Assembly (NCBI GenBank): GCA_030295235.1
Contig: AP026150.1
Span: 248,001 to 312,000 of the forward strand
DNA from: Fistulifera solaris
Lineage: Eukaryota
DNA length: 64,000 nucleotides
Direction of reading: 5' to 3'
Position numbers and translations under genes: made by a program. This document shows positions 23,702 to 35,472 of this stretch, piece by piece; position 1 is the first letter of the stretch, and each line of letters opens with the position of its first letter. The notes beneath the pieces are model-generated. The model had not been told where the DNA came from, searched no databases, and worked only from the letters and a program-made list of their open reading frames with translations.

Positions 23702-25371
23702 TTACGAAAAAATTACAACTTCGGTACCCCCAAAGACGGCGGGAAACTCTGACCTTTCCCTTCCTCGATCAAGAAGTAGTTCTTGTCCCTGGCAGACGCT
23801 GGCGAGCTTTGCGATTGCAGCAATTAACTTCGTCTGAGTTTCCTTCATCTCTTCAAGCTCCAGAGTGAGCTCATTGATTCGTTTCTGGGCTTTCCTCCAC
23901 TTGTGTTGCGCAGCCGATCTATCAGACTCATCCATATCTGATTCTAGATCACGCCCCTCCAGAAGTTTCATTTCTTCAGAGTATTCTTCTCCCTCTTGCC
24001 GTATCTTCTTATCAATAATCGATACGGCATCGCAGACAACGGCGACAATCAAATTGAACACAATGAACCCAGTGATGGAAATGAAACTACAAAAAATCAT
24101 CCCAGCCCATTCGTAATAGTCCATAACCTCTCTTGCCGTTTCCGACCATTCCAACGTCATCAACTGCATGCACGTCAGTAACGCATTCGGTAATGTGTTG
24201 AAATAGTCTGTAGAAAGCTGCAAATTTCCAAAGAGTTCGACAAATAGCACAGCATATATATAAAACACCAGGACCAGCATTGAAGTAATAGCATAGATCC
24301 GGGGCAGCACTTCCCCCAACGCCATGAGCAAGCTCTTCAACGCCACCATTCTTGTCACTAGGCGTAGCGCACGGAAAATACGAAAGGCTCGAATGACTTG
24401 CAATGACTCCAGCGTCCAGCTGATCACGACGATGACGAAATCGAACACCAACCAGCGGTCTCGAAATAAAGAGGGACCGCGGTATATGAGCTGTAACGCC
24501 GACTCGATCGTAAAAATGGTGAGAAAAACTTTGTCCGCAATATCAAATGCCATATTTGTGTTTTCATCATTGGTGACAAAGTCAAATGTAGCGACGCCCA
24601 TCATTATCGCATTTATAACGATGAGAGTAATAATCAAAAATTGCACACGCGGATCTTCTACGACTTCGCCGCACATTAAACGAAATCGTCTCATGGGTGC
24701 ATCTTTAGATAGAGTACTCTCCAGATCAGGCTTTCTCCACGTCCTCCGAATTTGACCCACTTCACCAACTTGCAAAGGTCGCATTTTTGCTGCATCGATG
24801 CTTGCACCACTAAATCCTTTTTCTTTTCCATTTCAATATTTTGCATCAACAATCGCAATTTTTGTCTACTTTTGAACTTGGAGGATTCGACAATGTCCTC
24901 TGTATCCGATCGCCCCGACAGATCACCAGAACTCCATCCTCCCAAAAACGATCCGGCTGATGAATGTTTAATCAGTGTTCGTGAAGATTTTTGCAAATCA
25001 TGGCTGATCATCTGATCCCCAAGTGCGGACCGGCGTTTGTCGGGGCTGGATGTCAACCGTGTATGACTGCTAGTTATTTTGGACTGATGCCGCTCTCTCC
25101 GTCGATTCTTTTGCTGCGACGAATTTAACGAACGTGTAGAAGACAAAGAATCTTCCGTTACTACGGGCGGAATAACTTCCCGCGTCTCCGCAAATCGAGA
25201 CAGAGACGAATCTGTATTGGTATAGGAAACCGTTCGAGAGCTTTGCGGCGACTTGTCGTAATTTCTGCTCTTGGGTTTGCGCACCGCTTCTTCTATTGTT
25301 ATCGACTCATTAAATAATATAGAAGGCATATTGGGATCCTGTGCAGGATGTTTGGCCGTTTTTTCTCTCAT
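23702..25371 (-). CDS. EUKCATA: Single-domain voltage-gated cation channel (BacNav-like, diatom EukCatA type)
   Basis: One 6-TM domain: S2 IFTIESALQL, S3 WLVFDFVIV, S4 RAFRIFRALRLV, pore QLMTLEWSETAR, S6 FIVFNLIVAVVCD, then a C-terminal coiled coil. Indel at ~24787 separates the Ser-rich N-terminus. Confidence 0.85.
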
Positions 25372-25673
25372 TGTTGTGAGTGCAAAATGCGGATTGTTTT
25401 AAAATACAAAGTTCGAATACACCGTACGCAAAGGGCAACGGGAAAAGCGGACTCTGAAAGGCGTCGGCTACTTCCTTATCAATCTCTGTTCACGAACGCA
25501 AGGATTGCTTCTCTTAACAAGGGTTAGAAGCAAGATGATGTTGCATCGTGGTAGCTTTTACTTCAGCGTTTATCGCGAGAATGTTTTACAAGCAGGAAAC
25601 CACGTTAAAATTCTGCCTCCAGTACAAAATGCTACGTAGAGTCCACGACGCCGCAGAATTTTAACGCCTTTAG

Positions 25674-25701
25674 CTGGCAACTGGCAACCGGCAACCGGCA
25701 A
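25674..25701. repeat. 7-bp period tandem repeat (CYGGCAA)x4
   Basis: ctggcaa ctggcaa ccggcaa ccggcaa. Confidence 0.85.
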
Positions 25702-26071
25702 CTTACCCATCTTCCGAACTGCACTATTTACTATGGCATTTTTGTACTGCAACTGCGCAGTCCAGTACCGTATTTCGGCGTGTTCGTTTTATTTATTATC
25801 TGAACGCCAAGTCATGGAGCGACAAAGACGGGCCCTATGCTTCCGTACTTTGTAAGTACTTTGTACTTTGTAGGCAGCAAAAACTTCAAGCCGGATGACA
25901 GACGCACATTTTGAACATGGAAAGCCAAGAAAAAAAAAACAAAACTCAGAACAAAACAACAGTCGATTTTGTTCGAAAGTGGACTGGGCTTATGGCCATC
26001 GCAAAGAGCATCTACCTTCAAGGTTTAAATTAGAAGGCTCGATCATTTCTAGAATCTTGCCGGGAGAAGAC

Positions 26072-27418
26072 ATGACAGCTCCGACCGTGCAGCTGGGATT
26101 TTGTATACCCATTGAAGATGACGAACAACTGCAAGAGGTAGCCCATCGATCGGCGGATTATACCCTTTGGGATGGCGGTCAAGTTGGAGGGAAACCTAGT
26201 TGGCTCAATCCACAGCATATTCCGAATTCGATTCCTTGTTTAAACTGCTCTTCTCTTTCGATGAAATTTGTCACTCAATTGTACGCACCGGTCGATTTTC
26301 CGGACGACGACCGCGCCTTTCATCGTTCTCTGTACCTTTTCGCTTGTGCGAACTGTTTGCAAAATAAGCACCCAGAAAATAAGGTAATTCGTATCCTCCG
26401 TGCTCAGCTTCCTGCGAACAACGGCTATTTCCCGAATACGGAGAATAAGAGTAGCGATGAAGTTGAAGAAGTCAACTGGCAGCAACACACACCAGATGCT
26501 TGGACCGTCAACCTATGCGCTCTTTGCGGTGTAAAGGGGAAAGGGAAATGTCCATTGCAACAACTGTATTTTTGTGGAAGTGAACATCAAAAAGAATACA
26601 AGAGAAGTGGCGACCGCTCCATCTTGCCCTTGTCACAATTGGTGGTCGAAGAGGAGCCCCCTGTGACAAAGGACACGACAAAGAATCGGAAACAGTTATT
26701 TTCGAATGTTTCCGAGGAAAACACTGATGAAATTGGAAGCAAGAATGATGATGACGATGACGACGACGACGACGACGAAAAACAAGATGGGGCTGGCTTC
26801 GACGGTGTGAACGGCGAGCCAGATGTAGATGAGGACTTGGAGCAAGAGGATTTGAATGAAATGACTGGTGCTGCAACGAATTTGGTCAGTCAAGACCCCA
26901 TCACAATGAAATTTTATCAGCGCATCCAAGGACGGCCTTCTGTTCGAGACCAGTGCCTGCGATATATTAGATGGTCGAACATGGATCCCTTGTGGATTCA
27001 GGGGCAGCACCGCCCGGCTTTCATTCCGCCTTGCGAGAACTGTGGTGCGGATCGAAAATTCGAGTTTCAACTTATGCCTCAAATGCTTCATTACTTGATG
27101 ACGCCGAAAGAGGATACTGACAGAGACGAAAAGACGGGGGATGACAAATACGCTCAAGTTAAAGAGGCGCTGGAACAAACTGAGTCTTGGGTACAGCAGG
27201 CTCCTCCCGAACACATTCCTCCTGCCTTGATGGATGCTCGAGATTCCGCTATCCAGCGAGTTCAGGATGAACTATTGAAAAGAAACTCGCAACAAGATCT
27301 GGATTGGGGTGTTGTGGCCGTATTTACCTGCACACAAAGCTGCAACAAAACGTTTTTGGATGATCTGGGCGCCTACAGCGAGGAGTTCGCTTGGGTGCAG
27401 CCCTCGCTGGATAGCTAA
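26072..27418 (+). CDS. PDCD2: Programmed cell death protein 2 (PDCD2/Tsr4 family, uS5 chaperone)
   Basis: VGGKPSWL, QLYAP, FHRSLYLFAC, degenerate MYND, IPPCENCGADRKFEFQLMPQML, DWGVVAVFTCTQSC, EEFAWVQ. Confidence 0.9.
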   Translation: MTAPTVQLGFCIPIEDDEQLQEVAHRSADYTLWDGGQVGGKPSWLNPQHIPNSIPCLNCSSLSMKFVTQLYAPVDFPDDDRAFHRSLYLFACANCLQNKHPENKVIRILRAQLPANNGYFPNTENKSSDEVEEVNWQQHTPDAWTVNLCALCGVKGKGKCPLQQLYFCGSEHQKEYKRSGDRSILPLSQLVVEEEPPVTKDTTKNRKQLFSNVSEENTDEIGSKNDDDDDDDDDDEKQDGAGFDGVNGEPDVDEDLEQEDLNEMTGAATNLVSQDPITMKFYQRIQGRPSVRDQCLRYIRWSNMDPLWIQGQHRPAFIPPCENCGADRKFEFQLMPQMLHYLMTPKEDTDRDEKTGDDKYAQVKEALEQTESWVQQAPPEHIPPALMDARDSAIQRVQDELLKRNSQQDLDWGVVAVFTCTQSCNKTFLDDLGAYSEEFAWVQPSLDS

Positions 27419-27735
27419 TAGAAGTATGTACGAAGCATGGCTATGTACGCCACGAGATGAATCAGCGACCGATGAAGCTTTACGAGAGGATACCGAAAAG
27501 TAATCGCAAGAAGGTGGAAACATCTGTTTGAGTGAGAAGAGTTCTCGGAAGTTTGTTTCAATCAACTGAATGTACCTCGAGACTCAAGGCTCACTTGTGA
27601 CAACACTCCGAAAAATCATTAGCTGCATCCAGATTCAACTTGTTCTGCTATTCATAGGAGATTAGCGTTACTGAGAATCGTTCCACACCAACGCCAATTT
27701 TATGTTTTGTTTGTGAAACAAACGTTCTTTACTAT

Positions 27736-27972
27736 TTACTCGTCTTGGGCAGCGACAGGCTCCTTTTCCTCCTTTTTCTCTTCCTCCTTGCTTTCGTCAT
27801 CTCCACTCATGAACTTGGCAATGACTTCACGGGTTAAAGCCAAATCCTCCTCATGGTCCTTGGCGGCCTTCGTGGCTCGCAGGGACACCATGGAAACACC
27901 AGCCGGACGAACCACTGTGAAGGCGGAGGCTGACGATACAGCGGCGATGAGAACAATTTGTGAGAGCTTCAT
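27736..27972 (-). CDS. Small (78 aa) plastid-targeted protein of unknown function
   Basis: Signal peptide + SASAFTV cleavage motif, basic transit peptide, short amphipathic helix HEEDLALTREVIAKF, acidic tail. Confidence 0.75.
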   Translation of the reverse strand: MKLSQIVLIAAVSSASAFTVVRPAGVSMVSLRATKAAKDHEEDLALTREVIAKFMSGDDESKEEEKKEEKEPVAAQDE

Positions 27973-28161
27973 AAGTAAAATTATAATGAATGATTATTGA
28001 CGCCAATACACTTTAACTTCGATTTTTATTTGGAGGGTTCGGGGCACTCATCTCGATTGAGACAGGATCTCGTCGTGCTCACCCCAGTCGTCGCCAACGT
28101 TTTTGACCGGGTCTCTTTCGTTGTGTCGAAAAAAAGAGTGATCGGTCCGTTCGCTGCTCAT

Positions 28162-28237
28162 TGACGTACGTCATCGAGGCGAGTCGTCGTCGGCGAGTCA
28201 AGGATGGAACGACGTGTGGCGGACAGGCTGATGACGT
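28162..28237. promoter_or_regulatory. Candidate bZIP/aureochrome elements (TGACGTACGTCA palindrome plus TGACGT)
   Basis: 12-bp palindrome at 28162-28173 and TGACGT at 28232-28237, ~190-260 bp upstream of the small plastid protein. Confidence 0.35.
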
Positions 28238-28343
28238 ATTACCCGGCCGGTAAGTCGTACTCATCACGAACAAGCGCGTTGTCTCGTTCCCGTGTTTCTT
28301 GTTTCTTCAGTGTTCCTTACGCATTACGCCGTTCTCCGTATAA

Positions 28344-28370
28344 ATGACTGATGACTGATGACTGACTGAG
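28344..28370. repeat. 7-bp period tandem repeat (ATGACTG)x3
   Basis: atgactg atgactg atgactg actgag. Confidence 0.8.
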
Positions 28371-28770
28371 TAAGCTTACAAAGTACGATGACCGCAAAAC
28401 GTTAGGTTTGTGATAATTTGTGATTGCCTAAAATGAAAAATGAAGTAATGAATCATCATTGAATCATGATATTATGGAGTTCTCGATATTATATAACAGA
28501 CCACAATCCACAATACGAACTCATAGACATTTTAATAGTGACTACTTTGTCGTCTCTGAGTACTTCTTGACTCATAAAGCCTGGACTTTGGACAAGGTGA
28601 AAAGTGAAAATTCAAAGCTGTCATTTTTAAACTTGGAATCAAGATTACCAGGTACAGAGTACATTTTACTCTCGAAAATGCACTCACACTACTGGTACAG
28701 AGCACAGCCTTGAAATTTTTAATCGAGGAAAAGTAAACTTTCCAAGTCGGATAATCGTATCTGTAATCCA

Positions 28771-28835
28771 CTGTTATCTGTTATCTGTTATCTCAAAGAG
28801 AGGTGAACGCCGAGAGACAGAAGACAGAAGACATA
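28771..28835. repeat. Two 7-bp period tandem repeats (CTGTTAT)x3 and (AGACAGA)x3
   Basis: ctgttat x3 at 28771-28791; agacaga agacaga agacata at 28815-28835. Confidence 0.8.
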
Positions 28836-29069
28836 TCCTCGTGATTGTTCACAGTACCAAGTATCAAGTGACAAGTCATCGTGTCATGGCGTTGTGGATT
28901 TTCCAACTTTCGAACGATAAAACATAAAACACGAAAATGCGTGCCAGTACCGAACCGGTAACCCTGCATTATTCGATTCAATCACGCGATCCGCGGCGTC
29001 CTGCCAAAAACAGCAAAAAAAGGCCTCTTTAATTGTTTACCACCTACAGCAATCATAAAGAAGAAGAAA

Positions 29070-30065
29070 ATGGTGTGTGTTGGATGCCATGAAGCGAAAC
29101 GAAAATGCGACAAAAACACTCCTTGTTCGCGTTGTGCGAAATTAGGAATCCCTTGCGTTCCTCATCTATCGCAACAAGGCAAGCGCAAACGAGGTTCCCC
29201 AGACGAGACGCCGGAAGACGTGACGATTCTTCGGCAAGTTTCTTTGCCGAAAGATCATTATGGTTTGTGTCACTTGATCCGATCTTGGATTTCTATTGCA
29301 TTTGTACGAAGAAGCTTCCATTTGCTCAACAAGGCGACGACGATGGCCAATCAACTGGGCGTCACTATGGATGAAATCATGTGTCGTTCTATGACCCAGC
29401 AAGGCATGCACTGGATGGGCACAATTGTAGCGACCCCTCAAGCCGAGCAAGTGGCGGGGGGACCGCGACTGCAATGGAACGAATTGCCCGAAAGCCTGCT
29501 GGTGGCGACGCGCACACTCCATAGTGTGGATTGTGAAGCGCGGTGGATTTGGATTCGCGAACTAAGTCAAGGGCGTTCTCGTTATTTGGTAACGCAAGCC
29601 TTTGAACGCGATATCACCACTTGGGCTTTGATTCAGTCCACTTGGAATGAAAACAAAATTTCGGTAGTCGATCTCTTTTTGGACGGCGCTGGCCGTGAAA
29701 AGCATGCAAAGTCCGTGGCGCATCAATATTCGCTTCACGCGAAGCCTCCGTCTCCACACAGTGCCCGTTGCAGTCGTCAGCGCAGTCAAGTCAAATTGCG
29801 TAACGGAGAAATGATTCCAGTGGAGGAAGTCTCCTGTATGGATTTCGTGCACATGGATTTGTCGTATCATTTCGTAGAATACGTTCCAGTTTGTGTGCAG
29901 CCGATTCTATCGCCCGCCCGGATGCAGAGCTCACAACCCCAACCGTTTTTTCAAGAATTGTCGAAAGTCATGTGGGATGACTATCCTCTCATGGTTAATG
30001 TTGATGATATTCCCGCCGAAGGCAACGAGCTGGATCAGATTCTGCAATTGTTGAATGGAACTTGA
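29070..30065 (+). CDS. Zn(II)2Cys6 binuclear-cluster transcription factor with putative PAS-like domain
   Basis: CVGCHEAKRKCDKNTPCSRCAKLGIPC fits CX2CX6CX5CX2CX6C; NLS GKRKR; acidic C-terminal tail. Confidence 0.85.
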   Translation: MVCVGCHEAKRKCDKNTPCSRCAKLGIPCVPHLSQQGKRKRGSPDETPEDVTILRQVSLPKDHYGLCHLIRSWISIAFVRRSFHLLNKATTMANQLGVTMDEIMCRSMTQQGMHWMGTIVATPQAEQVAGGPRLQWNELPESLLVATRTLHSVDCEARWIWIRELSQGRSRYLVTQAFERDITTWALIQSTWNENKISVVDLFLDGAGREKHAKSVAHQYSLHAKPPSPHSARCSRQRSQVKLRNGEMIPVEEVSCMDFVHMDLSYHFVEYVPVCVQPILSPARMQSSQPQPFFQELSKVMWDDYPLMVNVDDIPAEGNELDQILQLLNGT

Positions 30066-30237
30066 CAGATTTATAATTTACACGAACAGTGAAACAGAGT
30101 AGCACAATAACAGTTTATAGAGAGAATGTGAACAAGAATGGCGGTGAAAAACAATGACATGAAAATTTGCAGATGGAGCACGCCTGTTATACAAGGGAAA
30201 CTTTACAATTTATTCAAACAGTATGGTGTAGATCCTC

Positions 30238-31235
30238 TTAGCTAGCGTCCTGTACCAATTGAGCACATGTTTGAATTTTGTTCGATTTCCCGGCCACATG
30301 TGCCACAAAATCTCCTTTGTGATACTGCATAGGTGAATTGTAGTATTCCTGGTCCTGGACTTTCTTTTTGATGCACGAAATTCCTTTTCTTCGGCGGGTG
30401 TCAGCCAGCTGGCCACCGAATTAAATGTACATCGTGGGACAATGGCGAAATGCTCTTCTAAGTAGGCCGGCGTTTGTGCCACGCGAAACGCATTGAGGGC
30501 ATCGTTGTCTCCGGAGACGCCTAGTCCTTTCGCTCGTACATAGGAATCCATGCTCCACCACGTATTCAGGAATTCATGGGCCCAAGGTGTATTCCGAATG
30601 AGCCACGCTCCGGCATTGATTTGATTTCTCTTTTCGGGGGTCACGATGAAATCAGGACCATCCACGGGTAAAAATTCTTCGATTCGAATATCCGAGTTCA
30701 TAATAACGGTATCTGCATCTAACCAAAAGACCCAATCACAATGTTCTTCCGTCAATAATCGTTGTACCGCCTTAATTTTACTCCACGAAGGAGGCCGTGA
30801 GGTATCCAACGATTGGCTTTCATCAAACAAATCGTAACCGTGCTTTTCGGCGTATTGTTGTTTGTTGGGCCACGTAATCGACAACACGTTGCCAAAATTC
30901 CGTGTTCGCACCAGACGTTGCCACAAATCGGCCTTGGCGGCATCCGTCAAGGTGGTGATACAAATTTTGGTGTTCCACCAATGCGACGGATCGGTGTGAT
31001 ACGGAACCTTAGGACAGGGTTGCGATCGTTCGACGTAATTGAGCGGCGATTGGACCCATTCTTTGGTATTGATCGCGTAAGAAACCGAACGCCAGCCTAT
31101 TGCGCCTATCAAAATAATAATTGCAGTGAGTTGAAGCAACTTCGTCGTGAGTTGATTCCACGAGTCCGCTTGAAAAAGAGTGATCCAGAACGGAACAACA
31201 TTTTTGTCATTGTAAAGTCTGTTGATTCTGGCCAT
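30238..31235 (-). CDS. Glycosyltransferase family 34 (GMA12/MNN10 galactosyl/mannosyltransferase)
   Basis: Type II TM anchor, NKQQYAEKHGY, RPPSWSKI, WVFWLDADTVIMN (DxD), INAGAWLIRN. After an indel at ~30365 the frame reads YHKGDFVAHVAG. Confidence 0.85.
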
Positions 31236-31702
31236 GATGATGAGAGGAGATGTGTAGTGAGTCGAAAGGAATGATCCAGAGCGCCTTTATAATCGATCAA
31301 TTACAGGATTTATGATAAAGAGGTATGTTTATTGTGAAAATGAGAAGAGCAATGAGAGCATTCGGTTGCGTTCACGTCGCTTGTGTTTTTTACGTGTGAT
31401 GTTCCTTTTGCTTCCGAACATCAATGTCACGGACCGGTACCGAGATTGTATTTAAATAATCTCCCCATATCTACTTGAAACGTCTTATTGTTTCTGTGTA
31501 TAGCAATTTTTAAACCAAATGTAAATTATTTAAAGGGTTGGACGAAAAACTACAACATCCACTGCACCCGCACATCGAGGAGGAATCATCGTCGCAGTGA
31601 ACCCATTTCCCAACTTACCACACATGCCTTCCACCTTGGCGTGAATAAATTGAATATAAGACACACATATCAACCGCGCAATTTTTGTTATAATACCGCA
31701 AA

Positions 31703-32800
31703 ATGTTCCACTTGCCGAGACGTTGGACGACTCGCCACCATTATTGTTATCGTCATAATGTGCGGTCGATGGCTTCCGCGGATTACAGCAAAGAACTAAT
31801 GAGACAAGATCATGCATATTGCGTCAATCTCGTACGTGAGCGCGATAAAGAAGGATACTGTGAGTAGTTATTCTTTTCCTGCTTTACCAGCCCTATGGAA
31901 TAGTGTTCTCAACTGTCCACATTCGCAGTATGCGGCCTTCTCACGACATCTCCACGAGCCTATTTTGCATTAAAAGCATTGAATGCCGAAATAGCAGCCA
32001 TCAAAGATAGCCATCGTTCGCAACAACGGAGTGAAGGGACTTTGTTAGCCCTTCAAATGCGATTTCAGTGGTGGATGGATGCCATCGATCAAGTGATCTA
32101 TGGAGACGCCGATCATAATTCGTATTCGCACAGTCCCATCATTCGGTCTTTAAAACATGCGCATCATGAATATGGTTTCACAAGGCGGTTTTTAGAGCGA
32201 TTGATTGAATCGCGGCGAGCGGATTTGGATGTTGTACAATATTCTACAATGGACGATCTGATACAGTACACCGAAGATTCGGTGTCGGCGATGTTGTATT
32301 TGTCATTAGAGACACTCGGAGTCCGAGACGATGCTGCCGATGAAGTGGCCTATCACGCTGGCGTGGGCATTGGTTTGGTGACAGCGATACGGTCTATACC
32401 TTACAATTTACGAGTGCACGAGAACTTGTCGGTGCCATCCGATGTCCTGCGCACGGAAAGTAGTCGCCAAAGAGACGATTTGATTCTTTCGCTACTAGCA
32501 GAAGAAGATTCTCCCATTGCTCCATTGACGGAGCAACAGAAGCAGTTATGGCAAGATGCGGTACAAGAAATGGTGGCGGTAGCATCCTGGCATTTGTCCA
32601 AAGCACAGCAATTACAAATTCAAGTGCCGCGCAACGCGCGCGTCGCATTCTTACCCGTCGTGCCTTCTATGCTGTATTTGTCGCAACTTCAAGGACCGGC
32701 TAACTACAATGTCTTTGATCCAACACTGAACGATCCTTCGCAACGACGGTTGAAACTTCTGCTGTTACTCAGTCGAACATGGTTAACGGGCGTATTTTGA
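31703..32800 (+). CDS. NDUFAF6: Complex I assembly factor NDUFAF6 (squalene/phytoene synthase family); 2 exons
   Basis: Intron 31860-31928 gives YCVNLVRERDKEGYLCGLL..AYFALKALNAEIA; MRFQWWMDAID; HAGVGIGLVTAIRSIP; mitochondrial-type N-terminus. Confidence 0.85.
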
Positions 32801-33133
32801 AAAAGCTTACCTAAATAATAACGAGAGGAACTTACTAGCTACTAAGCTTTGAACTCGATTGTTACTAATTAGTCTTTTATCTTACTTCCTTTGGTAAAAA
32901 GTCTTTCCTAGAACCTAACGTGGCTCAAGACTGATTGTGACACGAACGCAATGTCATTTTCCAAAACCCAGCATACCATTCGTAGCGACGTCCAGACTGC
33001 AACTTGATGTTTTGCGGCGCGATCTTTGCAGCGTGCAATCGTCATAGATACGCTACGAAAAGCTACGGTAAAACCGATCGAAGCAGCTGGACAACAGAGC
33101 CGCAATTATTGTTTGTATTATTTTGCTTTCACC

Positions 33134-33910
33134 ATGAAGTACGCTGCTCTTGTTGCCCTTCTCGCCGGTTCCGCTTCGGCCTTTGCTCCTGCTCAGCAGA
33201 GCTCCCGTGCCGCGACTTCGCTTCAAGCCGAAAAGTCAAAGGCACTTCCGTTCTTGAACCGACCCAAGCTTGTGAGTAATAGATTTTCAATCAACTGTGT
33301 TGGCGTACGAGTGGTTGGCTTGTAGAATTATCTTTCCGCTGCGATATACTGTGCGTAAAGCTATCAAAACAAAAATCATCTCACTCCGCATCGTCTTCTT
33401 TTGTTCTTACAGTTGGATGGCTCCATGGCCGGTGACAATGGTTTCGATCCTTTGGGTCTTTCCGAAGTCAACGCCGTAGGAATTGACCTTTACTGGCTAC
33501 GAGAGGCTGAGATCAAGCACTGCCGTCTTGCCATGATGGCGGCTGCTGGCTTTATCTGGGTCGAAGCTTTCGGACCGGCTCCGGGATGCGAAATGGCCTC
33601 GGACAAGAACCAGATTACCGCTTTCTGGCAATTCTGGGACGCTCAACCCCAGTACATTGCCTTCTCCCTCATCTTCATTGGATTGTTGGAAATGATTGGC
33701 GGTATTGCTACCACTTCGGGACGAGAGAGCGGACAGCGTGCCCCCGGTGACTTTGGATTGGACCCCTTGAAGATCAAGGGCGACAAGGCCAAGTTCGAAA
33801 AGTACCAACTCCAAGAAATCAAAAACGGTCGCCTTGCCATGTGGGCTGCTGCCGGACAGATTTTGCAAGGATGCACTACCGGTGAGGGAGCTATTGGCAA
33901 CCTTTTCTAA
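33134..33910 (+). CDS. Lhcr: Fucoxanthin-chlorophyll a/c light-harvesting protein, Lhcr type; 2 exons
   Basis: SASAFAP presequence, SKALPFL..P.LDGS, GFDPLGL, LREAEIKHCRLAM, GDFGLDPL, EIKNGRLAM; intron 33272-33412. Confidence 0.92.
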
Positions 33911-34585
33911 ATTTTTACGGAGGGGTAGTTGATTCATTGCATCGGAGTGTTTTTCATTGGAGAATTTCGTCGTGCTACAGCCCCGTATCGACGGACAGCT
34001 GTCGTTTGTCTCATAAAACGACGTAAGGGGTAGTAAATTAGATAGTTCATCGCTATCGTTGGTCTTTGAGAGTTGTTTATATGATGATTGGTGTATCTTT
34101 CGTTTGTGGGAAGTCATGCGTCTTGATTCTAAATTGAGGCGTAAAGGTATGACGAGGCACGAGTAACGAGTTATTTTGTCGATTACGAAAAGATCTATGC
34201 GCATATCAATCGATTCATGACAATCCTAGTTCGTTTCTCACTCATGCACAAAAAAAGGATACCTACTACAAGGGTAGGGGTGATAGAGGCCCGAAGTAAA
34301 TTTTGCTTGCGTCTTTCGGCAAAGGAGTGCTATAGCCAAAGAAGTGACCAGTTGTAGTCACTGTTCTTCGACATGGTGGCTACTCTACAAATATATAGCC
34401 AAAACCCAACACGACGAAAACAGAATTTCGTTTCTCGCACGCAAACTTCATTCCATCGGCATTGCCTCCATTCTTTCGACACTCATTCGATGTTGTTGTT
34501 TTGTTTGTATTCAATTCGCTCAACTAAATTCGATTGCTTGATTTGTTTTAGATACTGCGCTGCCATCTTATAGAAGAATATCATT

Positions 34586-35472
34586 ATGAACGCCTTGGCC
34601 CATTTCGAGTTGCTCGAACGCGAGAAGTTGTCAATGGAGAAAGACACGAACCAGTTCAACCAGGAACGTACTCAATACGAACTTCGCTTGAAAGAAATTC
34701 GTGGACTAATCCAGCTTGCTGAGGATCAGAACCGCGAACTTTCCCTTGCTGTGGGTACGCTGCACCGCGAGGAAATGCTACGAAAGACGGAACTCGAGCA
34801 TCTTCGCATTACGATGCAGCGGGAGCGGAAGGAACTCGAAGAGCATGCGAATGCCGTCGATACCATGCTCATGACAGAACGCGAAGCCAAGAAGGCTTTT
34901 TGTGACGAAATGGCGGAAATGAACACTGAGCTAGGCAACCTCCTTGTCGAGCAAGAAGGATTGTACATGGTTCAACATCTTTCGGTCGATCATTTGCCGG
35001 TTCTTGAGAAGTATTTGATGAAGCAGCAACAAGTAGCCACTGAGGTGGATGCTTCCTCTAGTGAAGTAACCGAAAACGGTAACATCTCCAAATCGAGTGA
35101 GGAGATGAAAGACACGATTCTCATTCCGGACAGTGACTCGAAAAATTTTGAGAAGGAATCAGCTCAAGTTCGTATGCTCAACGAACGCCTCCATGAACTT
35201 ACAAACCAGGTTGCCAAGTTGCGTGAAATGGCTGTGCACTCGTCCTCGAACTCCGAAAAGGTAAGGGAAAGTCCGTTAATCTATTCAGTATCGCACCTAT
35301 GGCTAACAAGCAATGTTTATGTCTAATTTAGGTTCTCTCATTGCAGACTGTCTTGGAGCTCGAACATGCATGGGAAACCTTTTCGAACACCGATCCTGGG
35401 GACATGGAGAAAAGCGGATCGCAGAGCCTCGTCAATATGGAACTTTTTTACGGAAATGAAGTGACTGTCTAA
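34586..35472 (+). CDS. Hypothetical coiled-coil protein; 2 exons
   Basis: E/K/L/R heptad-rich ORF; intron 35261-35331 splices in frame to a stop at 35472. Confidence 0.65.

Noticed and set aside
33497..34204. 235-aa antisense ORF over the Lhcr gene
   Set aside because: Shadow ORF caused by biased codon usage of the sense gene; no recognisable protein features.
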